The notes below the pieces were generated by a model. It saw only the letters and a list, made by a program, of their open reading frames with translations, was not told where the DNA came from and did not search any database. A stretch of 64,000 bases of DNA, taken from the NCBI GenBank assembly GCA_951406725.2, contig CATOCA020000001.1, positions 7,688,001-7,752,000 on the forward strand. The letters are read 5' to 3'. A program made the position numbers and the translations under genes. How positions within the stretch are numbered: the stretch's first letter is position 1; the number at the start of each line of letters is the position of its first letter. Below are positions 1-14,540 of the stretch, one piece after another. Source of the DNA: Octopus vulgaris. Its lineage: Eukaryota.

Positions 1-447
1 AAAGGTTCCAGCCTCCATAGGTCAGTCCATGAGAGCTTCCTCTTAGGGAGATCCTATTTAGTTCATGCACTCAGCTCTTGATTTCCTTGTATCTTCCTCC
101 TGGAACCACAATGCTTTCTGAGTCATAACCCGCCTCTCCCTGGTGTCTGCCATCTTCCGTTGTTGGAAATAGAAAGAGCCAAGTCCCTGGCGACCCCAAC
201 ATGTAGCTCCAATTATGACGCGTAGCTCCAGCATGCATTGAACCTGAGCGACAGCGGTGCTAGTTACCCACACCTTGTGGTAATACATGCATGTCTGACA
301 AGCTCGTCCTTAGAGTCTCTCTACATCATTACAATATTACATTTTGCTACTTTAAATTCCTCCACTACAGATGACAGGGCAAATTGTAACTGTCCCGATC
401 TTATGTACAGGCCTATTCAATGAAGCTTGGGTAACCCCTAGCCATTT
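1..447 (-). mobile_element. Decayed non-LTR retrotransposon fragment, HERO/R2-group-like region C-terminal to RT
   Basis: Minus-strand translation across stops and frameshifts gives KWLGV...IGLYIRSGQLQFALSSVVEEFKVAK...RDSKDELVRH...IIGATCWGRQGLG...ERR...EEDTR...PKRKLSWTDLWRLEP, matching the motif order I recall for HERO-clade ORFs. Runs off the window start. Confidence 0.7.
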
Positions 448-1292
448 TTCGGGGGAAGGGGGTATTTATTTACCTTTCTCACCACCCTGGTGGGTGACTA
501 CTTACCACAACACCACCTCACAATAAGTAAATATTTGATGCATCACCACTTCGCTTTTTTACTCATTCAACCTTTAATACTAGGCTTCAGCCAAACTCAG
601 TTATATATTCTTTGAGTGTCATATATACATAAACTAATATAAAATGTTCCCACGGCCCCCACACATTGGTGGTATTGACCACTTTGAGAAGCCCTGCTCT
701 ATATTCCTGCAGACACTATCCCATCTATTGACTGCCATCCTGTTATTCTAACTTCCAATATTTCAATAATAAAGTAAAGCGTCATAAACAAAATCACCTT
801 TGTCCCTTTAGGTGTCTTTCTAAATTCAATGAACACCAGTACAGTTTTATAAAGTGGGGTTTGATTCCTATGTGACACACCAGTGTTTTCATATGTGTAA
901 CAAATTCTATAAAAAATGGTGTAAATCCTTGACACCAGTAAAACTTTCAACTTTGTATGGCAAGAGGACTTCTTTATAAAGTCACCATCGATTTATCGGC
1001 TCCATCTGTCTCTCATCTCTTGGACTGAATACTTCCCGCCAGAACACCCCATTGCAGTGTTTGATGGATTTCTTTCTCACTCACATTCCATCAATTCTGC
1101 CATGTCTCAATGTTTGGATAAATATTTATAAAAATGTCGATGATGAGGATTAGAGAAAAGAGGTGAAGAAAGAAATGAAATATCATGGACAAATATATGT
1201 GGCTACTTTTCATATAGTGTATTAAACATTTCATATTGTGTATAAAATAATAAACAGTCAAATTTGAGAAGGCAATAAACAGAACAACTTAC

Positions 1293-1372
1293 TATTGTTG
1301 GATCCTTTTTCACTAATTTTTGAATTCCTTCGACGTCACCATTTCTAATTTTCTGTTCGATATCCTTCATGT
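1293..1372 (-). CDS. Isolated 80-nt internal coding exon, ankyrin-repeat-like (xMKDIEQKIRNGDVEGIQKLVKKDPTI)
   Basis: Pyrimidine-rich tract then AAG acceptor (1373-1374), perfect GTAAGT donor (1287-1292), open frame (phase 1 to phase 0). The peptide resembles the first ankyrin helix pair (IRxGDVExIxxLxxxDP). No other exon of this gene was identified. Confidence 0.55.
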
Positions 1373-1899
1373 CTTTTGAATAAAAACAGTCAAAAAAGAA
1401 AGAAAGCAAAACAGTTTTAAAAAAACTTATAAAATGAGCTAAACAACAATAAACAGAAGTTGATGGTTCTAAAATATTGCAAAAGATAACATTGATATTG
1501 TAAACTTCAGTTTATCTAAAGTATTATTCATAGCTGAATGTTCTTGACACTAATAAACCTAACAACAGTCATTGTGTTGTGTGTCTAGGTTAGCTACATT
1601 CCTCTGCTTACATCTTGAGCTATAAATCTGTGGATCATACCCCAGCTAGGGTGGGGGACACTTTATATAAAAAACAAGTTGATTCTCTAAAGAAAAGTAA
1701 ATTTATGAAAACTAGTAAAAGAATCAATGAAACAGAATTTGTACAATAAAACCTCCTGTATTGATCTTTGATTTCATCTCAACTACTTTGCTAATATTTC
1801 GACAGACACTACCAACAAGAGCTTACTTTATAAATTTTTGCAAATATCTTTATGACTATTTCATAATTATTTAATTATATATATATATATATATACTAA

Positions 1900-1931
<32 letters not shown>

Positions 1932-2989
1932 CCATATACCGTCCACCTTCCATGCATCCAAGAGTAAGATGGACGACGGGAGCTGTCCAGGTAGAAAAAA
2001 AACTACCCTGGGCTATTGTCTTTACAGGGTCTTTACTGCTGGATGCCCTTCCAAACGCCAACCACCAGTTTTGTCCCACTGTATGACACCTTGGGCAAGT
2101 ACCTTCTTCCTAAATCCCATGGTTGATCAAGGCTTCTGAGTGGATTAAATAGAGACAATCTGAGAGACGCCCATCGTACACCGCTGGACAAAATCTGAGG
2201 ACCAGTGAAAACAACTGCCAAAATGAAGTGTTTGTGTGTGTGTGTGTACGTGTGCATACATATATTTGTGTATGTTTGTGTGTATGTGTGTGTGTGTATG
2301 TTTCCATTTGCTTTTACTGAAAATTGCTCAGCTATGAACGATTATCATTTTCCCTGTTAATAGACAAACCATTGGAATAAGTGATCCCTTGAACAACAGG
2401 TAAGGGTTAATAACATGAAGGGGATCCAGATGCAAAAAGAATGGATCAATAATATACTCATACAACCCATGGTAGTATGGAGGAAAGGTGTAAAATGATT
2501 GCTTTATATGCATAAACGTACATATATAAGTCTATGTATGTGTATACTCGTGTGCATGTGTGAGTAGCTGTATGGCATAGTGATTCGGGTGTTACCCACA
2601 CAATAGCTAGATCGAGGGTTTGATCCTTGCAATACCCTTCCTTTCCCAAGAGAAGAAACGACAGAGGTTCGAGTCTCAAGCCATTAGAAAATCCAGCTTA
2701 ACAGAATATACGTTAACAGAACAAATTCAAATTAACGCAGATAGAAATGCCTGCTCCAGAGAACAGGAAACATCAAAGTAACGACAAGTCAGGTTGGAAT
2801 TTAAAACTTTATCTTTTGGAGAGGAGCGGCTAGTAACCTTTAACTAAGATCTTAATACATAAGCATTACGATAGATACTTTATGAATACATTTGTGTACA
2901 CTTCACACTGGGTCAAAGGCCGGGTGAGCGCCTGTATATATTATAAATAAACAAATTTGGTGATTTGTTTAGTCTACTTCTTTTCCTCC

Positions 2990-3790
2990 AGTGCTTCATG
3001 CATTAGTGAACAGTCAACAGCGTTGGAGACCATGGAGATTAAATTTCTGAATATTTGAAAAGAGTTTCCTGTATCATTGTAATTTTTGGTGGATATCAAA
3101 ATGCCAACATCATGACTGATGCTCAATGCTCTGTGAATACTGTAAAGGCTGTGAGATGTGACACACGCATGAGACTGTGAATCTGTAGCTACTGGGAAGG
3201 GACATAGTAGGAGTTCTGAGTGTGTCTGCACCACACCACAATTCATTGCCACATCGTTGAGCAGGCAGTGAGTTACGCTCTACACAGACAGCTTTGTGAA
3301 ACTGCTGTAGACTGGGATCAAACTCTGGCTGGAGAGGATTGCCATTGGAAGGTCATATGTGTGGCAGCAAGATTCATCTCTTCGTCATACCGCTGGAAGG
3401 AACCAGACGTGATTGTTGGAGATTTTCTACGACTGCCCCAGCCCGAATTTCTGGTCCTCTAATTCCCCTGATTGTAATACCCTGGATTGCTATGTGAGGG
3501 GCGCAATTGAGAAAGATACCAACCACTCTTCCTGCAGCGCTAAGTCCAAGCTGATGACCAAGATCAAAGAGGGGTTCGAAAATCTCCCCAAGGACACGTT
3601 AAGGAACGCATATACCAGGCTTTGAAGATGTGTTGAGGCTGTGGTGGAAGTGAAGGGCAGATAATTTCAGGAAACCTTTATCTCTCAGCCAAAACCTAGT
3701 TTTGACAGGTTTTGAATTTTTAAAACGCTTATTTTTGGATGTGATGAGGAGTTTTATTTTTTTTTTATTTTCCTTTTGTGAAAACTGTCA
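2990..3790 (+). mobile_element. Internally deleted, decayed Tc1/mariner transposon of DD37D (maT) type
   Basis: In-frame YVWQQD(3371)SSLRHT...FWSSNSPDCNTLD(3485)CY has exactly 37 codons between the two Asp, with one internal TGA. It is followed by LPKDTLRNAYTRL*RCVEAVVEVKG, a typical transposase C-terminus. Confidence 0.8.
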
Positions 3791-4773
3791 AATGTATTAT
3801 CAAATTAAAATGCAGATGGACAAATGGCTGACTAACAGGAAGAAACATAAGCGACATAGCATTGAAAGAATAAAAGCTTTTACAATTGTGAGAAGGAATA
3901 TAATACTTTAAACAATCTTAAATTATAAGGATAAGATATATACTATATAAAATACATAAATATATATATATATATATGTGTGTGTGTGTCTAGCGTTTGT
4001 ATATATATTTATAAATACCCCTTCAAATTTTATGTCCTTTACTTCTTCTTAAAGTATCTGCTACATCAAAAGTATAAACTGGTAACATCAGAGATAAATT
4101 TCCGAATAATTTAAATAATTTCTTAATTGTAATTTTTGCAATATATAAATATAAGATCAGACTGGTGCTCACATTTATATTATAATAGTAAATTATGTAT
4201 AATAAATCTTGTAAGTACTGACATGTGTGGTAAAACTTGTTTACCACATTTGTACATTGATCGTTGAGCAGGTAGTGAGTTTACTATATCTAGCAATACA
4301 GTTAATAATTTATATATAATAATTATATAATATATGTGTGGCAGGTTCATCTCTTGTTATTCCCTAGCATTGCTTACATTATCTGTTATATATATGACAT
4401 ATAAATCCTCATCAAATACCCGATATAATGCTATATATATATCTGCAATTGAAAAATGTGTGTGTGCATGCTCTCTAAGTCCAAATGTATGTTATGTAAA
4501 AGTTTATGTAAAAGAATTAAGGAAAGTAAAATAAAGATATATGTGTATTGACATGTTTGATGTGGTTGAAGTACAGGGCAGATAATTTCAGGAAGACATA
4601 CTCAGAATAATTTATTTTGAAATTTTTAAAATATTTAGAAATATTTCGATAAGTTTTATTTTATCTTTTAAAACTGTATTGATGTATACATACACTGATG
4701 CATATAGGCACACATACTATACATATATTTATATATATACACTAAATACATTTCATACACGCATTTATGCTAT

Positions 4774-4821
<48 letters not shown>

Positions 4822-5321
4822 AAGTCTTTCCACAAGTTAATTGACCGCGATATAAAGCACCTTGGGAAGTTCTTGTTATTGTCGGAAATAATGAATATTT
4901 TGAGCTGGATTTGTGGGCAAACGAAAAAGCCTTCGTATTGTATATATAGTATATATATACGTATATATATATATAGTATATATATATATTGTGTGTTATA
5001 TTTGGCTTGTTACTGTGACAGCACGAAACACTGGTATGTTTTAGTCATAAAGTGGCAAAAGAGAACCGATGATAGACACCTCAGAGATAAGTACTGAAAG
5101 GAACATTTGACATGAGAATTATAGATTTCAAATGCGCAATGATGACCATGATGGACTGTGTCCCGTGGCCATAATGAGATCGAATGGACTACCAATGTAA
5201 AAAGTAGTCTAAAGCCACGAGATACTTTATTCAATATATATATATATCAAGTGTATACGAATAAGTACCTTACACCCCAACACACATTCAGTACTTTCTA
5301 TCCTGAATTTTATTTTGCCAG

Positions 5322-5370
5322 GCAAAGTCAGGCGACATGCCACCAACTACTACCGTTTGGAAGAATACAG
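5322..5370 (+). other. Candidate 49-nt exon
   Basis: ttttattttgccAG acceptor and CAG|GTATGG donor flank a locally GC-richer segment that is open in all three frames. No recognisable homology. Confidence 0.3.
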
Positions 5371-7084
5371 GTATGGGGTGATATAAAAGGAAACACAAAA
5401 TGAAAATATACTTCGATAGGTATCAAGGTTTTTTGTTTCAATATACAAGAATGCACAAGGATTTGAATTATTAAGTTAAATTTCGGAAAAATCACAAATT
5501 GATTGAAACTAACACATTTAAACAAAGCATGTAAAACACATGTGACGTTTTAGTAATCACTTTTAACTGCTATATTCTTGAAGTTATAATATTTGATATA
5601 ATTATTATTATTTTAAGGATATATTAAAGTTTATATAAGATTTACATATATATATATAATACATCAATACAAACATATATACATATATATATAAGTTGTT
5701 GTGTACTAGTATGTATGCATTTATATATTATATATTATTTTGTATATGTATGGAGTGGCTGTGGATTTGTATTTGTTATACCTCGGGAGCAGTATCATAA
5801 AATTTAATTTCACGTTAATATATAAAATTAACGAGTGGTTTCAGAAAGCTTAAACTTCTTGGAATATATTATATAATATATATATAATTTTATTTATATC
5901 GTTGCTTTATTATTTGGACACTGGAGTTTATGTCGAAATATACAAGTATAAATTATGTCAGGTGTCTTACAAAAGAAATCTTAATATTATTTTCTATCAT
6001 TTCCTGTTTATCTTCTATCTGTGTCAGTATCCTCATCTATCTCTGGAATTATATATATATATATTGAAATATATTTATATATAAAATACAGGTTTTTGAA
6101 CGAATTGATTGATCCAGTCATCCGGAAAGAACTTTATTGTTTATTATAATATAATTATATACATTATTTAATATGGGCCTATCGAGTATCTACAATATTT
6201 TCACCATTATATCTGTAATGCATTAAAAAAGTATCATCTCTATATTATAATACATTTATCCATGTTGTCGTATCTCTCTCTGCTTATATATTACATATAC
6301 ACAGGTACCTATGTAGGCATAAAGGCATATATATGCAGGCATATACATCTATAGTTATATGAAAATATATACAAATGTTGACAAGTGTGTGTGTGTATAG
6401 ATTTGACAATAATATGATGATGTGATGATGATGATGATATATAGTCGTTTAATGGCTTATCCATCAATAACAATGAGACCTGAACAAGGAAAACTTTTTT
6501 GAAAATCAGGTTTAAAGTCAGCAGGTGATAAACACTATTCAACAATTACAAAATAAGTGACACACCCAACCATTATACACACACACACACACACACACAC
6601 TCACACACACACACACGAAATACCTAAATTACAACACAACTAGACACACATCCATGCAATGACCTTGTTTAATTATAAAGAAAGAGCTTGAAAAGCTTTA
6701 CATTCCGTGAATTCACCGTCAACTTTCTTTCATTAGGGTCGATTAAATTTCTCAAGGACCACGAACTATGGAGGTCGATATAAAATTGAAATAATATGCA
6801 TAATTGACCAGCCATATATCTTAACAATTAGTTCTGTAATGTTTTCAGAATTTTAATATCAGAATACATTTATATATATATATATATTATATTTTATACA
6901 TTAGACATTACCACTTAATAAAATCACAAGCATGCAACATATGTGATTTATATGAATATAAAAGGTATAATTTAATTATTTTAATAATTTAAATCATAAA
7001 TTATTAACTTTATATTACATATATATATATATATATGTGTATGTATATGTATATGCGTATATATGTATAATTATGTTGCTTTAT

Positions 7085-7124
<40 letters not shown>

Positions 7125-7160
7125 GTATATATGACTATTTGATATTGCATATATATATAA

Positions 7161-7198
<38 letters not shown>

Positions 7199-7201
7199 AA
7201 A

Positions 7202-7242
<41 letters not shown>

Positions 7243-7477
7243 CAGTACACATACACACATATATATATATATATATATATGTATTATGTATACTCACAAA
7301 TATGTATACAATTATACAATCACATCTCTAATATGCCTCGCAGTGAGATTGAACTCAGAACAATGTGGTAGGTAAGCAAGCTTCTCACCACACAGTCCAA
7401 AATAGTGTTTTTCAGCTTTCTATATATAAGATATATATATTTGTCTATAAATATATTGTTATTAGAAGTATAAAAAT

Positions 7478-7537
<60 letters not shown>

Positions 7538-8339
7538 CATGATTCTCCATATAACCAATTATCATACAACATACCCCACTACAAAAACAATCTTGTTAAA
7601 CTAGCCCACACGCTCTTTCTCATTTCTCTCACTCTCTCTCTCTCTCTTCTCTCTCTCTATAAACATTCCCTGGTTAATTGGAGAATTATTATACCGTAAC
7701 TTTTGTTCAGCAAATCTGTACATATACTTGTATAATTATAATCATGGATATATATCCCATTATTGTGGCGGTGCCATCAAGGAAATCAAATCATAATTTC
7801 CTCAAAATTCACCAGGGGCTTATATGAACAAAATCGATATATGGGGGATACGCCTATGTGGGTGTATATATTTGTTTACTGTCTATGAACAGTATAATTT
7901 ATTTTCAACAGCGAAATTGATGAATAAGGCGGTAACATTTCTTCCATATTGATGTCAGAAAAACACCTAATAATAGCACACACACACACACGTTTCATAT
8001 CTGCGTATAAGACACACATTCATATATATACACACATACATACATGCACAGATATATACAGAAACACAAACACGACAAAATCGAAGTAGTCGCCACACGC
8101 ATGCACGGGCACACACACACACAAAGCGTCACTTACTGCTATGTCTTGATAACCACATATCCTGTTGGTATTATTTATAGTTATTTGCTGGAAGCCTACA
8201 TTCTGGGTTCGAATTCTATTATTCAACACTAAATTATCATTTCAGGGTTGACGAAATAACAACTATGAAACTACATATATATATAAGTATGTATGAAAGT
8301 ATATATTCATCCACTCTCACTAATGAGGGTGGGTAAATG

Positions 8340-8385
<46 letters not shown>

Positions 8386-8530
8386 GACATATATATTTGC
8401 ATGTATATATATATATATATATATATATATTCATATATACATACATATATACATACATATATATATATATATACACACACATATATACATGCATGTATAT
8501 ATATATATATATACATACACATATACATAC

Positions 8531-8582
<52 letters not shown>

Positions 8583-9669
8583 GTATATGTAAATATATAG
8601 ATATATATATACACACATATATACACGTATATATATATACACACATATATATATATATATATATAGATAGATAGATAAATATATATATATATATAGATAG
8701 ATAGATAAATATATATATATATATTGTTAAAATCATCATAACATATTTCTAAGGAGTTGTTTTGCTGCTATTTCTAGCATTTAAATTGTCTTCCACAACG
8801 TCCTTCTTTAGTGGGAGAGAGTCAGACAGAGAGTGAGGAAGAGTCAAAAAGAGAGTGAGAATGAACATTGAACAGCTTTATAGAGAGGGGGATTAGATAA
8901 AATAGATTGTCTACCTGTTTTATTCTCTCCCTCACTCTAAGTCTAATTATATATGTATCTATTTCTCCCTCTGCCTTTCATTCAATCTATTTCACCCTCT
9001 CTTGATCTCTTATTCTATTTCTCTTCCACTCTTTCTCTCTCTATCATTCTCACCCACGCATTTCTTGTCGCTTTCCATAAAATTTTAAACATGGAGAGCA
9101 GACAAAAATTTAGATTTCAATACATATGGCTTCTATTCGTCTGAATTGTTCAAACACGCCCCAGCTGGAACATGTTATATACATATACCACATATAATTA
9201 TACACAAATCATGTATATATATACACGAAATTATTAAAATTATGAAAATGAGTATCTAAGAGATACCATCATACTAGACATAGCAGCCAAAACTTGAGTC
9301 TAAAACCACCTTAAATGTTCACACCAGGAGAGTTTTGGCCCACTGTATGACACCTTGGGCAAGTACCTTCTTCTATGTGTGTGTGTGTGTGTGTGTATGT
9401 TTCCATTTGCCTTTACTGAAAATTGCTCAGCAATGAACGATTAGATTATCATTTTCCTGTTAATAGACAAACCATTGGAATAAGTGTTCCCTTGAACAAC
9501 AGGTAAGGGTTAATAACATGAAGGGGATCCAGATGCAGAAAGAACGGATCAATAATATACACACACACACACACACACATACACACACAAACGTATACAC
9601 ACACACACATTCAGTTTTAATTTATAGACACACATTAATTTACAGGGTACAACCTAAGACGAGTGGTCC

Positions 9670-9832
9670 CCGTGCGCGCAATCGTGTATAAGCGCATCCG
9701 AGGAAGCTAGTCGTGACTAGTCGATACTTACTTTGTGTTTTTGTGTTTCATTTACTTTGCTAGGTAGTCGTTGTAGGATCGACTAGTCACGACTATCTAG
9801 CGCGCGTGCGCGAGTAAACGATGTGCGCACCG
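9670..9832. mobile_element. CpG-rich MITE-like foldback
   Basis: tagtcgtgactagtcgat (~9708-9725) is the exact reverse complement of atcgactagtcacgacta (~9778-9795); imperfect outer arms gtgcgc...cg / cg...gcgcac. Confidence 0.55.
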
Positions 9833-10336
9833 GTTCCTCTTACATATTGTATGTCCTGTGCCAAGAAAGAAATTATTACGTAACAACAGAAATCAAAGCA
9901 CCATTTCATATGATATATAACAGATGCTACTATTTAATGCATTTCCACAAAGGCTGGCTATAGGACCCTAAATTGTGAGTTAATAGAACTGTATAAGCAA
10001 CCACAGGTGTTTAATTTCGTTTAAACAATTCATATCTTTTCCTATATAAATATTATTGGATCACGAGAACACTTGATATTTAGATAATTCAAAGTATAAT
10101 ATTATATATATATATATCAATACATATAGACTCCAGACGAACAACGATGATAAGTGGATGTTCATTCAAGCGTTAAATGGTCCCAAATGAAATAAAAGAT
10201 GAATTCCTCCAGTTTAGTTTTATACACTAGGTTGCACACGGATCCGAGGTCCCAATTAATTTCAGACACCACTGTATGCCGGTATCTAAGTTCGATGGCA
10301 AGTAAAGGATATAAGTCTCGAAATATAAGCGGGGTT

Positions 10337-10620
10337 GGGGTATGTGTTAAGTAGCCTGCGTACCAAGCACATGGTTCCGTGTTCAGTCCCACTGCGTCGC
10401 ACCTTGGGCGAGTGACTTCTGCTATAGCCTCGGCCGACCAAAGCCTTGTGAGTGGATCTGGTTGACGGAAACTGAAGAAAGCCCCCGTCGTAAATATGTA
10501 CATGTTTGGCCCGAGACTATAGTAGAAAACACTTGCCCAAGCTGCCACACAGTGGGACTGATCTCGGAACCAGGTGGTTGGTAATCAAGCTACTTACCAC
10601 TCAGCCACTCCTATGCCTAC
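10337..10620. mobile_element. Inverted pair of partial tRNA-derived SINE-A copies (+ 10337-10492, - 10505-10620)
   Basis: Both match the SINE-A head (ggttc...agtcccactgcg...ccttgggc.agtg..ttct.ctatag) in opposite orientations about 12 bp apart. Confidence 0.75.
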
Positions 10621-10680
10621 AGTCTCAAAGACTGACAATTATTTTAGAATTCTCTATCTTATATTTTGTTTACACGCCCC

Positions 10681-10713
<33 letters not shown>

Positions 10714-10720
10714 GGGACTG

Positions 10721-10756
<36 letters not shown>

Positions 10757-10761
<5 letters not shown>

Positions 10762-10822
10762 AAATTTTCTTCTCTTGAATCTTGAGAAATACAAATGTAG
10801 AAGGACTGGAAATAGAGTTTAC

Positions 10823-10878
<56 letters not shown>

Positions 10879-10943
10879 GTAAACTCTATTTCCAGTCCTT
10901 CTACATTTGTATTTCTCAAGATTCAAGAGAAGAAATTTTTTTT
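10757..10943. repeat. Palindrome with ~65-bp arms around a (TA)n centre
   Basis: aaaattttcttctcttgaatcttgagaaatacaaatgtagaaggactggaaatagagtttacg-(TA)n-exact reverse complement. The ORFs 10782+ and 10659- begin with the same peptide. Confidence 0.9.
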
Positions 10944-11229
10944 ACCTTATTTCAAATGGTTTCGAGACGCGTGGTTCCAAGTGTCCTTACGAAGCGAGCT
11001 GTAATGTATATGTATTTGTTACTTATTTAATAATCAGGAGGTGATTACTCTGATTCAATTTCGTGCCACACCCTGACTAACACGAAATCTTTTATTCAAA
11101 TTTGAATGCTCTTTACAATTTGTCATGTCAAAGTATTATTCAATTCATTTCGTATGACGTAACCTCTCCATAATTGTCTGAAAACCTATGTGCATATATA
11201 TATATGGATAAGAATATATATATATATGC

Positions 11230-11263
<34 letters not shown>

Positions 11264-12240
11264 ATATGTATGTAGATTATATAAAACCCACTTAAATCTT
11301 GTCAAACCAGTTTTCTTGTAAACTTTTCATACACACACACAAAACACAGACACACCCACACTGATTTTGTGCTCATGATTTCGAATTCCAGCTTTGAGGT
11401 CCTGAAACAAATACCTAATTTCAAATTGTTCCAGTCAACAGAGCTGAAAATAAATAACCCTGTGTTCGACTGGTTCCCTGTTTAGGGAGAATGTCATTGT
11501 CTTGGTCACTTATAAACCTTAGTCCTGAAAACAGCGTCAAGAATTGCAGTGTGACCAGCAAGAAATAATGACGTCCGATTATCTGGACGGTTGAGTGACT
11601 ATATAAATATATTATGCATGTATGTATGCATGTATGTGTGTATGTATGTATGTATGTATGTATGTATGTATGTATGAATGCATGTATGCATACATGGTTA
11701 TCTATGTATTATGTGTATATGCATGCATGCATGTATGTGTTATATATGTATGTATGTACGTATGTATACATGTATATGTGTGTGTATATGTATGTATTAT
11801 GTGTATAAGTATGTATATGTAAGTGTTACGTATGTATGCAAGCATGTATATATATATATATATGCATGTGTATATATATATATATATATATATATGTATT
11901 ATGTGAAAATGTATGTATGTATGTGTGTATGTATGTATATGTGTACGAATGCATGTTTGCATACATGGGTATATATGTATTATGTGTATATGCATGTACG
12001 TACGCGTTATATATGTATGTATATACGTACGTATGTATAAATGTATTACGTATGTATGCAAGCATGTATATATATATATGTATGCATGTGTATATATATA
12101 TATATAAATATATATATATGTATTATGTGAAAATGTATATATATATATATATATCCCTTCTTTCCTGAGCGCCTAATAATACTTTATCTGTTCCACATCC
12201 TCGCGTTGTTGTCTTTTGTTTCCTTGTTTGGATTAACTTT

Positions 12241-12319
<79 letters not shown>

Positions 12320-12397
12320 GGGCGAGAGCAGGCAAAAACACAAAATTCAATGTCAAATGAAGAGGAACGGAATCTCTCCAAAAAAAGCGGTGAACTG

Positions 12398-12570
12398 GCA
12401 GAAATGTTAGCACGCCGAGCAATTTTCTTAGCGGTATTTCGTCTGTTTTTAAGTTTGCCTTTCATTATGTCTGGGTCAACAAATTAAGTACCAGTTGCTT
12501 AATGAGAGTCGATCTAATCGACTGGCCTTCTCCCCCAAAATATTAGGCCTTCTATCTAGAGTAGAAACGA
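12398..12570 (+). mobile_element. Decayed SINE-B (also at 23318-23490)
   Basis: gcggtgaactggcagaaatgttagcacgccg...tttgcctttcatt...aattaagtaccag matches the fuller copies at 20582 and 52959. Confidence 0.65.
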
Positions 12571-12669
12571 AAAGAATAACTGCTAATGAATGGTTCCACA
12601 CTCCTCAAGAATTTGGAATGGCAAAGTAGAACCTTACAACTGGATTCAGTTGACGGCGGCTATACCCAG

Positions 12670-13425
<756 letters not shown>

Positions 13426-14103
13426 AATTAGTTAGCTAGCTAGACAGATAGATAGATAAATTGATGGAAAAGTGTGGGTACATATGTACTTGTGTTTAAC
13501 CTGTTTACCTAACTATGACCTAAAAGTTGATCTAACATTTGAAAAGAGACAAGTTTCTTTAGATTATAAATTTAATGAGCGTGAGTTGAGATATTTTAGA
13601 ATTTCTTTAAAAATGTCAAACAAAAGAAATAGTGAGTCAACATTGAATGTATTTTACGTTGTGTACGAGACCGGATTTTGAAAATTATATATCTATATAC
13701 GCATATGAATGAGAGTGTATGAATGTATGTATATAAGTATATATAGTTATATATGCAAGTAAGTATATTGCTGTGTATGTATGCATGTATGGGCAGGTAT
13801 GTATACACCTACGTATGTATTCACCTTTGTCTGTATTCATGTATACATGCAACTACTTATTGTGTATGCATGTATGCAGTTTCGTATATAGGCATATATG
13901 TATGCATGTATATATGTAAGTATGTATGTATGTATATATGCATGTATGTATGTATGATGAAGGTTGTCCATTCCTGATCGAAGAAGGCGGTCGCTGACCA
14001 TCGCCCACATTGCCTGCAATATATATATTTATGAATATATGTGTCTGTGTGTTTATGTGTATTTCTTTTGTGTAAGTGTCCAAATGTGTTTGTGTATGTA
14101 GAT

Positions 14104-14156
<53 letters not shown>

Positions 14157-14159
<3 letters not shown>

Positions 14160-14540
14160 AGTGGCTGTGTGGTAAGTAGCTTGCTAACCAACCACATGGT
14201 TCCGGGTTCGGTCCCACTGCGTGGCATCTTGGGCAAGTGTCTTCTGCTATAGCCCCGGGCTTGACAAATGTCTTGTGAGTGGATTTGGTAGACGGAAACT
14301 GAAAAAAGCCTGTCGTATATATATGTATATGTGTGTGTTTGTGTGTCTGTGTTTGTCTCCCTAGTATTGCTTGACAACCGATGCTGGTGTGTTTACGTCC
14401 CCGTCACTTAGCGGATCGGCAAAAGAGACCGATAGAATAAGTACTGGGCTTACAAAGAATAAGTCCCGGGATCGATTTGCTCGACTAAAGGCGGTGCTCC
14501 AGCATGGCCGCAGTCAAATGAATGCAACAAGTAAAAAAAA
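14157..14540 (+). mobile_element. Near full-length tRNA-derived SINE-A
   Basis: A-box-like tggctgtgtggt, B-box-like ggttcggtccc, a ttgggcaagt CORE-like motif, an internal microsatellite, and 3' tail ggcggtgctccagcatggccgcagtcaaatga. Confidence 0.85.

Noticed and set aside
640-696. hAT-like terminal repeat (CAGGGCTTCTCAAA on the minus strand)
   Set aside because: Only one end was found, with no partner repeat or target-site duplication.
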